This document shows positions 56,048 through 64,000 of a stretch of DNA of 64,000 nt, piece by piece (position 1 is the stretch's first letter; every line of letters starts with the position of its first letter). This stretch comes from a virus. The notes beneath the pieces were generated by a model. The model was given only the letters and a program-made list of their open reading frames with translations, did no database searches and was not told the origin of the DNA. A program made the translations under genes and the position numbers. The stretch spans positions 1-64,000 of the IMG/VR virus record IMGVR_UViG_3300045988_055634. One strand, 5' to 3'.

Positions 56048-56739
56048 AAATATGTGCAATAAGTGATTTACATGGATTTCTAATTGATTATATAGAGCCA
56101 TGTGAACTTGTTTTAATATGTGGAGATATTGTTCCTCTTTATATGCAGAGAAACAAGCCACAGTGTGAGAAGTGGTTGAAGACTGTATTTGCAGATTGGA
56201 TTAAATCATTGCCGTGTAAGAAGGTAGTATTTACAGCTGGAAACCATGATTTTGTTTTTGAAAATAGGGATTTTCTTTGGAATAACTCTGTGATTAAATT
56301 TCCTACAGAAGGAAAAGCTGAATTTCTTGATAATTCTCATCTAGACTATCTAAGTGATGAAGGAAAGGTATATAGAATTTATGGAACTCCGGCCTGCCAT
56401 GAATTTGGTAATTGGGCTTTCATGTATTCTGATGAGAAACTGGAAGAAATCTATTCACATATCCCAGGAAATTGCGATATATTGATTAGTCATGATGCTC
56501 CCGCATTAAATGATTGTGGTATGATTCCGCCTGGTAGGTGGAGTTCTACTCCCATAAATGCAGGAAATGAGGTCTTGGCTAAGGCTATTATAGATAAGAA
56601 ACCGAAGTATGCTTTTTGTGGACATATCCACGAAGGAAATCATTGGCTACTAGATGCAGGCGAGACAAAGACCGCCAATGTATCTATTCTCGATGACTCT
56701 TACGATATTAATTATGAACCTTTATATTTGGATATTTAA
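56044..56739 (+). CDS. calcineurin-like metallophosphoesterase
   Basis: ICAISDLHG, GDIV, GNHD motifs. Confidence 0.7.
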   Translation: MKICAISDLHGFLIDYIEPCELVLICGDIVPLYMQRNKPQCEKWLKTVFADWIKSLPCKKVVFTAGNHDFVFENRDFLWNNSVIKFPTEGKAEFLDNSHLDYLSDEGKVYRIYGTPACHEFGNWAFMYSDEKLEEIYSHIPGNCDILISHDAPALNDCGMIPPGRWSSTPINAGNEVLAKAIIDKKPKYAFCGHIHEGNHWLLDAGETKTANVSILDDSYDINYEPLYLDI

Positions 56740-56877
56740 TACTATTCTGGTCTATATATTTGGAGGATTAGTATTGTCATTAGTAATAGTTGGAATTTAT
56801 GAGATAATACAGGAAGAAAAGGACTTCCTTGAAACCTACGGGTCTAGATTCATTTGTAAATATTAAAAATTAATCAA

Positions 56878-57120
56878 ATGGAACAAGCTGTATTTCAAAG
56901 AATGTTGGGAGAATTTAACGAAGTTAATGAACGTGCTGTTAAGCTCAGAGATTTTATCCTAGGGGATAAGTTCAAGGAGGTTGACAACCTTAATAAAGAC
57001 TTACTAGTCGCCCAACTAAAAGCAATGGAAGCATATATATCAGTACTATCTATTCGTATTGGTCTTAATGCTCCTAAAGATGAAATTTCAGAAGCCCAGG
57101 TTGTAAAAGAAGGTGAGTAA
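56878..57120 (+). CDS. hypothetical protein
   Basis: 80 aa ORF directly upstream of, and overlapping, the sigma factor gene. Confidence 0.4.
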   Translation: MEQAVFQRMLGEFNEVNERAVKLRDFILGDKFKEVDNLNKDLLVAQLKAMEAYISVLSIRIGLNAPKDEISEAQVVKEGE

Positions 57121-57958
57121 AAAAATCATTTTCACAGACCGTTCTGACTCACTGTTGACGAGTTATCTCAGGGATATATCTAAATATAAGATTTTAGATA
57201 GTACTGAGGTAACTCGTCTCATTTGTGAGGCTCAAAAAGGAGATGATGTTGCTAGAGAACAAGTCATAAAATCAAATCTTAGGTTTGTTGTGACTATCGC
57301 CAAGCAATTTCAGAATAGAGGTATTCCTTTAATGGATTTAATCTCTAGTGGAAATGAAGGATTAATGAAAGCTATTGATAAGTTTGACCCAGAAAGAGGA
57401 GTTACATTCTTGTCATATGCTGTATGGTGGATTAGACAAAGTATCTATAATTCTATATATTGGCAAGCACGAGAAATTCGTCTTCCAATGTCTCAGCAAT
57501 TATTGGTAATAAGTATACTCGATGCAACTAATAAATTCTTGCAATCGCATGATAGAAATCCAAGTTCCGAAGAAATATCAGAAATGACTGATATTCCTAG
57601 GGAGCAAATTGACTATCTAGCACAGTTTTCTAATAAGTTAGTTTCTGTGGACGATTTCATAGGAGGAGATGAAGAAAACAGTCAAGTCTGTGATATTATT
57701 CCAGATGGTGAAGATCCCCTTGACGAACAAGTAAATAAAAGCTATGTAACTAAAGAGCTAGAGAATCTACTTTCTAAATTAACAATTAGAGAGCATGATT
57801 TAATCTGTATGCTATTTGGTATAGGAATGGCTCCGGTCAATCCTAAAATTATAGCTGATATGTACGGTGTTGGAGGAGAAAGAATAAGACAGATGAAGGA
57901 GGGAGCTTTAGCTAAATTAAGACGTAGATTTTCTAATCAACTTAAAAATTTAATGTAA
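57113..57958 (+). CDS. RNA polymerase sigma factor (sigma-70 family)
   Basis: Region 2 LISSGNEGLMKAIDKFDPERGVTFLSYAVWWIRQSI; region 4 HTH GERIRQMKEGALAKLRR. Confidence 0.85.
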   Translation: MSKKIIFTDRSDSLLTSYLRDISKYKILDSTEVTRLICEAQKGDDVAREQVIKSNLRFVVTIAKQFQNRGIPLMDLISSGNEGLMKAIDKFDPERGVTFLSYAVWWIRQSIYNSIYWQAREIRLPMSQQLLVISILDATNKFLQSHDRNPSSEEISEMTDIPREQIDYLAQFSNKLVSVDDFIGGDEENSQVCDIIPDGEDPLDEQVNKSYVTKELENLLSKLTIREHDLICMLFGIGMAPVNPKIIADMYGVGGERIRQMKEGALAKLRRRFSNQLKNLM

Positions 57959-58281
57959 TGAAATTCGGAGAAATATTGTCTAAGTTACAAGAGGGAAAAG
58001 TAGTAAGAAGGAAAGTATTTCAGAGCAATCTGGTGATATTTATGCAGATACCTGCAATGATTTCTGGAGATGGAATACCTGCCATGCGTTCTATCCCTGA
58101 TGATATGAAAGCTCTTATGTGTAGTTACGGTGTAGGTATTACATACCATGACCAGTTTATCATGTATGACTTTTCTGATAGGACTTGTACTTACTATCCT
58201 TTTGATGGTGAAGATATAAACGCAGATGATTGGGAAGTAGTTGATCCTTTAACTTATGACCCATATGACGACTTTAGATAA
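57958..58281 (+). CDS. hypothetical protein
   Basis: 107 aa ORF. Confidence 0.4.
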   Translation: MKFGEILSKLQEGKVVRRKVFQSNLVIFMQIPAMISGDGIPAMRSIPDDMKALMCSYGVGITYHDQFIMYDFSDRTCTYYPFDGEDINADDWEVVDPLTYDPYDDFR

Positions 58282-58516
58282 TTATCCAATGGGTGCAGCT
58301 AATGACCCTAGAGCACCTTACAATGAACCACTACCTACTAAGGTTAAGGTAGAAGTAGGAGTTGAATTAGGGTTATTTGTAGATGTAGAAGTAATAGATG
58401 AAGATGATATTAAAGGTGCAGTTGAAGAAGCTATTTATAATAGGTTCAAATCCAAAGATGTTGAAATAAATAACATCGAAATCTATCAACATGATTTATT
58501 TAGTAAGTCGGAATAA
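58256..58516 (+). CDS. hypothetical protein
   Basis: 86 aa ORF. Confidence 0.35.
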   Translation: MTHMTTLDNYPMGAANDPRAPYNEPLPTKVKVEVGVELGLFVDVEVIDEDDIKGAVEEAIYNRFKSKDVEINNIEIYQHDLFSKSE

Positions 58517-60680
58517 AACTTTATTTGGGTCTACAAAATACAAAGAAGTAAGTTTCGAGGAGGCAATGAAAATATTGTTGCCTCTTTCTTTAGTTCAATT
58601 TGATACTGAAACTAAGGGGTTAGATGCGCATACTAAGGAGTTACTAACTGTGCAACTAGGTTGCAAAGAAAATCAAGTTGTCTTTGACTGGACAACTATG
58701 TCAGCAGAAGAGAAAGCTGAGATAAAGAATTATTTTGAGTCTGATAGAGTATTTCTTGGATGGAATTTAATGTTTGACTTAGGGTTTTTATATGTGCAGG
58801 ATATTTGGCCAAATTATATCTGGGATGGTATGATTGCCGAGAAATTACTTTGGTTAGGCTATCCAGCTAATATAAGAGAAATGAGTTTGAAAGCAGCTGC
58901 ATGGAATTATCTAAACTATGACTTAGATAAATCTGTTCGAGGTAAGATTATAAATGATGGTCTTACTGAAGATGTAGTAGTCTATGCTGCAGGAGACGTA
59001 ATGTGGCTAGAAGACATTAAAGAAAAACAAGAAATAGAGCTTGCTAAGCAAGAATTAAATCTTGCTATGAAACTTGAGTGTGAGTTTATCAAGAGTCTTG
59101 CTTATTTCAAGCATTGCGGTGTTCATCTAGATGTCGTAAAATGGAGAAATAAGATGGCTAAAGACCTTGTTAAGCTGAAGGATGCTGAGCAAGAACTAAA
59201 CGATTGGGTAGTTCAATGGGATTCTGAAAAGAGACATGAGCATGATGGATGGGATATTAAATACCCAGAACTGGAATTTTATAATCTTATGGAAATAGAG
59301 GATGAAGTAGCTAGACTGCTAAAAGAGAAATATGTCCGATGCCCTCAGGAAGACCTTGAAACACCAGACGGAAAGGTTAAAGCTTATAGAAAAAGAGTAA
59401 TAAGTCAATTTACTAAGGTAGATAATCAAGGTGATTTATTTAATGGCTTTGATACCAAGCCTAAGTGCACAATTAACTGGAGTAGCTCTCAACAAGTTAT
59501 CAAGTTATTTGAATTATTAGGAATTAAAGTCAAGACATTTGATAAGCAAACTAAGAAGGAAAAGAAATCTGTTGAAGCTAAGCTTCTAGCTCCACAGGCT
59601 AAAGATTTCCCGATTATTCCTATCTATCTAAAATATCAGGAAGCTGCAAAAGTGGTTTCTACTTATGGGGAAAACTGGTTGAAGGCAATTAACCCTAAGA
59701 CTGGAAGAATCCATGTAGATTTTCACTCACTAGGAGCTGATACAGCTAGAGTAAGTTCTGGAGGAGGAGTATATAAACTTAATCTACAGAATTTACCTCA
59801 TGACAAGGAAACTAGAGCATGTTTTACTGCAGAGAAAGGTAATAAGTGGATTTCTGCGGATTATCAGTCTCAAGAAAGTAGAATCATTGCTTCTGTATCT
59901 AAGGACGAGGCTATGATTGAACTATTTGAACATGGCTGTGGGGATGTTCATAGTCTAGTAGCTAAAATGTCTTATCCGAATATTATCCCTAGAGACTGCC
60001 CTATAGAGGATATAGCTAAATTATATCATGCCCAAAGACAGGATGCTAAAGGTATTGAATTTGCCATCAATTATGGAGGCGATGCAAATACTATAGCTAA
60101 TAACAAGGGTCTACCGTTGTCAGAAGCTCAAGAAATCTATGATAACTTTATGAAGGGTTTCCCTGGAGTAAAACAGTATCAAGATTATTGTAGAATGGCG
60201 GTAATGAGGGATGGTTATATTTTGTTAAATCCTATAACTAAGCATAGAGCACATATATATGATATTGATGACCTCTGGCGGATTTCTAAGAAGTTCAATG
60301 ACCCAGAGTTCTGGGATTATTACAGAGAAATGAAGAGAGATTCTCCTGGCTGTGATACCGTCCAAGACGTTAAGAGATATTTTCAGAGAAAAGCAGCATC
60401 TGAAAAGCAGTCTATCAATTATCGTATTCAGAACAGGGGAGCAATGTGTTTTAAACTTTCCTCTATTAAACTATTTAATTGGATTAAGGAGCATAAGCTT
60501 CTTAACATTGTTAAGATGTGTGTTCCAGTCCATGACGAGTTTAATCTAGAATGCCCAGAATCTATTGCCGATGAAGTATCTAAGGTATTAGTTAAATGTA
60601 TGATAGATGGAGGGAAACCATTCTGTCCTAATGTATTTTTAGGTGCAGATGTTACTGTATCAGATCATTGGATTCATTAA
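58491..60680 (+). CDS. DNA polymerase I-type (family A) with 3'-5' exonuclease domain
   Basis: Exo I motif VQFDTETKGLD; pol motifs RQDAKGIEFAINYG (motif B) and VHDEF (motif C); 729 aa. Confidence 0.85.
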   Translation: MIYLVSRNKTLFGSTKYKEVSFEEAMKILLPLSLVQFDTETKGLDAHTKELLTVQLGCKENQVVFDWTTMSAEEKAEIKNYFESDRVFLGWNLMFDLGFLYVQDIWPNYIWDGMIAEKLLWLGYPANIREMSLKAAAWNYLNYDLDKSVRGKIINDGLTEDVVVYAAGDVMWLEDIKEKQEIELAKQELNLAMKLECEFIKSLAYFKHCGVHLDVVKWRNKMAKDLVKLKDAEQELNDWVVQWDSEKRHEHDGWDIKYPELEFYNLMEIEDEVARLLKEKYVRCPQEDLETPDGKVKAYRKRVISQFTKVDNQGDLFNGFDTKPKCTINWSSSQQVIKLFELLGIKVKTFDKQTKKEKKSVEAKLLAPQAKDFPIIPIYLKYQEAAKVVSTYGENWLKAINPKTGRIHVDFHSLGADTARVSSGGGVYKLNLQNLPHDKETRACFTAEKGNKWISADYQSQESRIIASVSKDEAMIELFEHGCGDVHSLVAKMSYPNIIPRDCPIEDIAKLYHAQRQDAKGIEFAINYGGDANTIANNKGLPLSEAQEIYDNFMKGFPGVKQYQDYCRMAVMRDGYILLNPITKHRAHIYDIDDLWRISKKFNDPEFWDYYREMKRDSPGCDTVQDVKRYFQRKAASEKQSINYRIQNRGAMCFKLSSIKLFNWIKEHKLLNIVKMCVPVHDEFNLECPESIADEVSKVLVKCMIDGGKPFCPNVFLGADVTVSDHWIH

Positions 60681-60805
60681 CGAATAAGGGGCTATAGTAG
60701 TGATGCCAAACCTGAGCCCCCTTGGCCTACTAACAGTGCCTACAGTCCAAGGCGTAATGCTGAGAGCGCAGTTAGGGCATCATTTTTAATTAAATATAGT
60801 AGTGT

Positions 60806-61087
60806 ATGAAAAAATTATTTGGTTTATTGTTAATAGCAATTATTGCTTTAAGTTCTTGTGCAGACAGCAAGACTTTTGAGAGAGCTGATGGAACTAAGTT
60901 TGTAGCTGAACCTTATGGTTGGGCTAACTACCAATCTAATAAGATTGAAGGAGTAACATATGAAGCATGTTTTGAGAACATTGTTTGGGATATTGTTGCT
61001 ATAGAAACCGTAATTGTTCCAGTATGGTTAACTGGCTGGGAACTGTACGAACCAGTTTCTTATACTGAACCAAGTGTTACTAAGTAA
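60806..61087 (+). CDS. small lipoprotein
   Basis: LLIAIIALSSC lipobox signal. Confidence 0.45.
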   Translation: MKKLFGLLLIAIIALSSCADSKTFERADGTKFVAEPYGWANYQSNKIEGVTYEACFENIVWDIVAIETVIVPVWLTGWELYEPVSYTEPSVTK

Positions 61088-61089
61088 TT

Positions 61090-61242
61090 ATGGATACTTA
61101 TACACCAATGAGAGCTATGATTGTCTGTGCTAATGGCACAGGCGATTATATAAAGAAAGAGGATGCTATTAAGGCTTTGCAAAATATCTTTAAGGAAGAT
61201 TCCTCTAAGATAATAGAAGCCTTTTTAAAAGAATTTGATTAA
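61090..61242 (+). CDS. small hypothetical protein (50 aa)
   Basis: ATG..TAA ORF MDTYTPMRAMIV... Confidence 0.3.
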   Translation: MDTYTPMRAMIVCANGTGDYIKKEDAIKALQNIFKEDSSKIIEAFLKEFD

Positions 61243-61246
61243 CATT

Positions 61247-61715
61247 ATGAAGGTAATCTTTTTAGATATTGATGGAGTATTGAATAGTAATGATTGGTAT
61301 GTTAAGACTCGTGGTATCGGAGGATACAATGGAGGAGACGTTGACCCAAAATGTATCGAGCTTATAAATGACTTAATAGATGCCACTGGTGCTAAAATAA
61401 TTATGTCCTCATCATGGAGGTCTGACTATGAAAACTCTTGCGAGTATTTGTATGACAATGGCTTATACTGTGATGCAATTATAGGAAAGACTCTCACTTC
61501 TGTTATACTTGCCAGAATGATGACATCAGAAGTACACTTTGTAGAGGGAACGAAATACAATACGTATTAGAGTCAAAAGATATAACTAGCTACGTTATCT
61601 TCGATGACGATCAGGATATGCTATACTCCCAAAAGGATAATTTTATCCATATAGATTATATGCATGGTATTACGAAAGAACATATTGAGCAAGCAATTAA
61701 AATATTAAATAAATG
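61247..61715 (+). pseudogene. HAD-family phosphatase gene interrupted by an apparent -1 frameshift
   Basis: N-terminal part in the track frame (MKVIFLDIDGVLNS...SSSWR...IIGKT) ends at TAG 61568; the -1 frame, open from 61474, continues RGNEIQYVLES...YVIFDDD (HAD motif IV) to TGA 61715; junction near a ggg/aaa run at ~61540. Confidence 0.45.
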
Positions 61716-61937
61716 ACTGTAGATTTTATAACAACAGAAGCATTAACTGATGACCAAATTCTTAAATGTTTTGGTGAGACGTTACTATATGGGGAAGGTA
61801 AATTTATTGAAAATGACTTCTTTGAATCCATTGAAGGTTCTCTAGATGTCTATGGGTCATGCATGACAGAATCCTCAAAAGGAGAAGTTATTAAACAATT
61901 AAAGGTACTACTAACTAAACTAATAGAAGAATTATGA
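61713..61937 (+). CDS. hypothetical protein
   Basis: 74 aa ORF. Confidence 0.4.
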   Translation: MTVDFITTEALTDDQILKCFGETLLYGEGKFIENDFFESIEGSLDVYGSCMTESSKGEVIKQLKVLLTKLIEEL

Positions 61938-62335
61938 GTAGTTATTTAAATATTTATGGTATTCCTAAAGAAGGAGATAAGCCAATAGAAATTGTAAGTT
62001 TCAGTAGGTCTCATTGTGTATACAGAGCGATATGTGATGAAATAAATATTGCTTGGGCTGGAAACAGTGATGTCTATACTAATCTCACCACTGAAATGAT
62101 AGACCAGGTAGTCAGAAGCATAGAGGAAGACTTAAAGAGTTGCACGAGTAGGCTTCAAATCTATGAGAAGTACGCTTCGCAAAACTCTGAATATATCCAT
62201 GAAATTATAAGCCTACAAGAGTATATTGAAGAGCTTAATACTACAAAGTCCTATTGTGAAATGATAGGCACAATAGTAACGCAATGCTCTCTTTCTCTTT
62301 CTGGTTTTAGTAAAATTTGCTGTAATGTATCATGA
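61934..62335 (+). CDS. hypothetical protein
   Basis: 133 aa ORF. Confidence 0.4.
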   Translation: MSSYLNIYGIPKEGDKPIEIVSFSRSHCVYRAICDEINIAWAGNSDVYTNLTTEMIDQVVRSIEEDLKSCTSRLQIYEKYASQNSEYIHEIISLQEYIEELNTTKSYCEMIGTIVTQCSLSLSGFSKICCNVS

Positions 62336-62526
62336 AATTTAAGTTAGAATTTACATTTGATATTTCTGACAGCTCACTGCTGATAGATGCTAACGATGGT
62401 AGAGATGAGGAATATACTAGCCTAGAAGATGTACCGGAGGATACTCTAATGGATGTAGTATATCATTATTTAGATGGGGTTGTAGAAGGTATGACTTATG
62501 ATGAAGTAACAATTAAGAAATTATGA
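62332..62526 (+). CDS. hypothetical acidic protein
   Basis: 64 aa ORF. Confidence 0.35.
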   Translation: MKFKLEFTFDISDSSLLIDANDGRDEEYTSLEDVPEDTLMDVVYHYLDGVVEGMTYDEVTIKKL

Positions 62527-62840
62527 AAAGGTTTTTAATTCACGTTAGTACTAGCTGGTGCGGAATGGATGATACATTCCGTGCTATGGCAGAAAATGAT
62601 TATGAGTTGGACGAAATAGCTAACCAGTTAGCTTATGAAAACTTCCAATTCTATGATTGCGAGAATGATATTGCTGAGGAATTTGGATATGACCCAGATG
62701 ATATGGAAGATGAGGATTGGGATAAATTATGGGAGCAAACTAGTGAAGGAGACTATTATCACTATACTATAGAGGAGTTTGAAGGCGACGATGAGGAATG
62801 GGAAGAGTATGATGGAGAGATTTATGGAAAGGGAGAATGA
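62523..62840 (+). CDS. hypothetical highly acidic protein
   Basis: 105 aa, Asp/Glu-rich. Confidence 0.4.
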   Translation: MKRFLIHVSTSWCGMDDTFRAMAENDYELDEIANQLAYENFQFYDCENDIAEEFGYDPDDMEDEDWDKLWEQTSEGDYYHYTIEEFEGDDEEWEEYDGEIYGKGE

Positions 62841-63601
62841 TGGAAGATTTTAAATTCTATGAAGTTGGTGGTAAGATACGTGATGAATTTCTAGGAATAA
62901 AATCCAAAGACGTCGATTACGTAGCTGTACCATCAAAAGAAGTTTTCGATAAAATCCACCCACGAGAACCCCAACCTAGTCCAGCTATGTTGGTGTTTGA
63001 TGAACTGAAGGACTATTTAGAAAAACAAAAGTTTGAAATTTTCTTAGTAACTCCTCGTTGTTATACCATACGAGCTAAGTTTCCAGAAGGACATAAATAT
63101 CAAGGTATAGCAGATTTCGTAATGGCGCGTAAAGAAGTAGGATATATTCCTGGTACTAGAACACCAATAATATATCCAGGAACTCTTTACGATGATTTAT
63201 CACGCAGAGACTTTACTGTTAACGCTCTTGCAAAGGACCCCGATACTGGTGAAATTGTAGACTACTTTAATGGTATGAAGGATATATGGGGAAGTATTAT
63301 AAGAACTCCTCTAGACCCAGTGAAAACCTTTGACGATGATCCTCTGAGGATTCTCAGAGCAATAAGGTTTGCTATTACTAAAAGGTTTACTATTGCCGAT
63401 GACGCTTGGAGGGCTATGAGGAAGTATGATTACTTCGACAAGATGTCTGTAGTATCAGAGGAAAGAATAAGAGAGGAATTAACTAAATGTTTTAAATATA
63501 ATACATTAGGAACACTTCGTTATCTAAGTCAGCTTCCAGAGCTAGAAGAGTATATCTTCAAAAAGACTAACTTGTGGCTCAAGCCAACTAATGAGAAATA
63601 A
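62837..63601 (+). CDS. tRNA nucleotidyltransferase / CCA-adding enzyme family (Pol-beta-type head domain)
   Basis: GGKIRDEFLG...DVDYV matches the GGxVRD...DxD motif of the CCA-adding enzyme/poly(A) polymerase head; 254 aa minimal version. Confidence 0.7.
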   Translation: MMEDFKFYEVGGKIRDEFLGIKSKDVDYVAVPSKEVFDKIHPREPQPSPAMLVFDELKDYLEKQKFEIFLVTPRCYTIRAKFPEGHKYQGIADFVMARKEVGYIPGTRTPIIYPGTLYDDLSRRDFTVNALAKDPDTGEIVDYFNGMKDIWGSIIRTPLDPVKTFDDDPLRILRAIRFAITKRFTIADDAWRAMRKYDYFDKMSVVSEERIREELTKCFKYNTLGTLRYLSQLPELEEYIFKKTNLWLKPTNEK

Positions 63602-63812
63602 TATGTATCATATTTTAGAATCTCGTAAGTTGACTAAATCTCTAAACTCTCTTCCTACAGTTAGAGAGATACATTTTGATGATGTTATAGAGATTAGGCG
63701 AAGTATTGGTCAGGGAGCTTATGTATGTAAATTGTTAGCTCAAAAAAGCTATACTAATGAAGATGCCGTTAAATTGTTTCACGATAAAATGAAAGAAATT
63801 TGTAATGATTGA
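63591..63812 (+). CDS. hypothetical protein
   Basis: 73 aa ORF. Confidence 0.4.
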   Translation: MRNNMYHILESRKLTKSLNSLPTVREIHFDDVIEIRRSIGQGAYVCKLLAQKSYTNEDAVKLFHDKMKEICND

Positions 63813-64000
63813 TTCAGAAAACTTATGCAGAAAGGCAATGGAGGTTTACGGATTTCCAGCTCAGGCTGCTATGGTGGTAGAAGAGTGTAGTGAACTTACT
63901 AATGCTATCTGTAAGTTTAGAAGAGGTAGAGTTGGTAATGATGATATTATAACTGAAATTGCTGACGTTATGATTATGTGCGAACAGCTTTCTTATTATT
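63805..64000 (+). CDS. MazG-like nucleoside triphosphate pyrophosphohydrolase, 5' part; continues past the window end
   Basis: EVYGFPAQAAMVVEECSELTNAI...EIADVMIM matches the MazG/NTP-PPase EExxE...D core; no stop before the window end. Confidence 0.6.
   Translation, partial: MIDSENLCRKAMEVYGFPAQAAMVVEECSELTNAICKFRRGRVGNDDIITEIADVMIMCEQLSYY

Noticed and set aside
1-64000. Suppressor tRNA with CTA anticodon that would explain the in-frame TAG codons
   Set aside because: I examined every tRNA-like element found (anticodon loops TGA, CCA, GCT, GAA, TTG, CAT x3, TAG, GCA x2, TCC, GCC, GTT, TGC, TTC, TAA) and scanned for ctctaaa/ttctaaa-type loops; none has a CTA anticodon. If such a tRNA exists it is outside this window.
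1-64000. CRISPR array, rRNA genes, integrase/attachment site
   Set aside because: No series of regularly spaced direct repeats, no rRNA-like conserved stretches, and no tyrosine or serine recombinase motifs were seen; all tRNAs are internal to a co-directional gene block rather than at an integration boundary.

Overview
This 64 kb window is almost certainly part of a large virulent phage genome: every gene is on the + strand, genes are tightly packed and often overlap, and the content is early/middle-type. The host is probably an anaerobic Gram-negative, and Bacteroidetes-like lipoprotein signal peptides, an OmpA-family protein and a class III RNR point that way.

Gene content:
- Replication and nucleotide metabolism: family A DNA polymerase with 3'-5' exonuclease, DnaB-like helicase, SF2 helicase, TOPRIM primase, Sak4-like ATPase, SSB-like protein, RNase H, ATP-dependent DNA ligase, anaerobic RNR NrdD/NrdG, dUTPase, a MazG-like protein, and two calcineurin-like phosphoesterases.
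- NAD+ salvage: NadV (nicotinamide phosphoribosyltransferase), a Prs-like PRPP synthetase, an NMNAT and HAD phosphatases.
- A sigma-70 family sigma factor.
- Envelope-type proteins: an OmpA-like protein, lipoproteins and a peptidoglycan glucosaminidase.
- An NfeD-flotillin (SPFH) gene pair at the 5' end.

RNA genes: the first 20 kb carry an unusually dense scattered tRNA array. I call 16 canonical or near-canonical tRNAs: Ser-TGA, Trp, Ser-GCT, Phe, Gln, Met, Leu-TAG, Cys, Gly-TCC, Gly-GCC, a type-II tRNA with a Cys GCA anticodon, a type-II-like tRNA with an Asn GTT anticodon, Ala, Glu, Leu-TAA, plus three degenerate tRNA-like elements. A CCA-adding-enzyme homologue and an Rnl2-like RNA ligase are also encoded.

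Most notable observations:
1. A free-standing GIY-YIG homing endonuclease gene (10783-11418) keeps a fully protein-like reading frame through six in-frame TAG codons, with no TAA or TGA and no frameshift. This fits amber-codon reassignment or suppression.
2. Two tRNAs have long extra arms but Cys (GCA) and Asn (GTT) anticodons, each one substitution away from a Tyr anticodon loop.
3. A roughly 430 nt intergenic region (20313-20746) looks like a structured RNA: a 13 bp long-range helix, two UUCG hairpins and an intrinsic terminator.
4. Two genes look interrupted by -1 frameshifts at homopolymers.

No CRISPR array, rRNA or integrase was seen.
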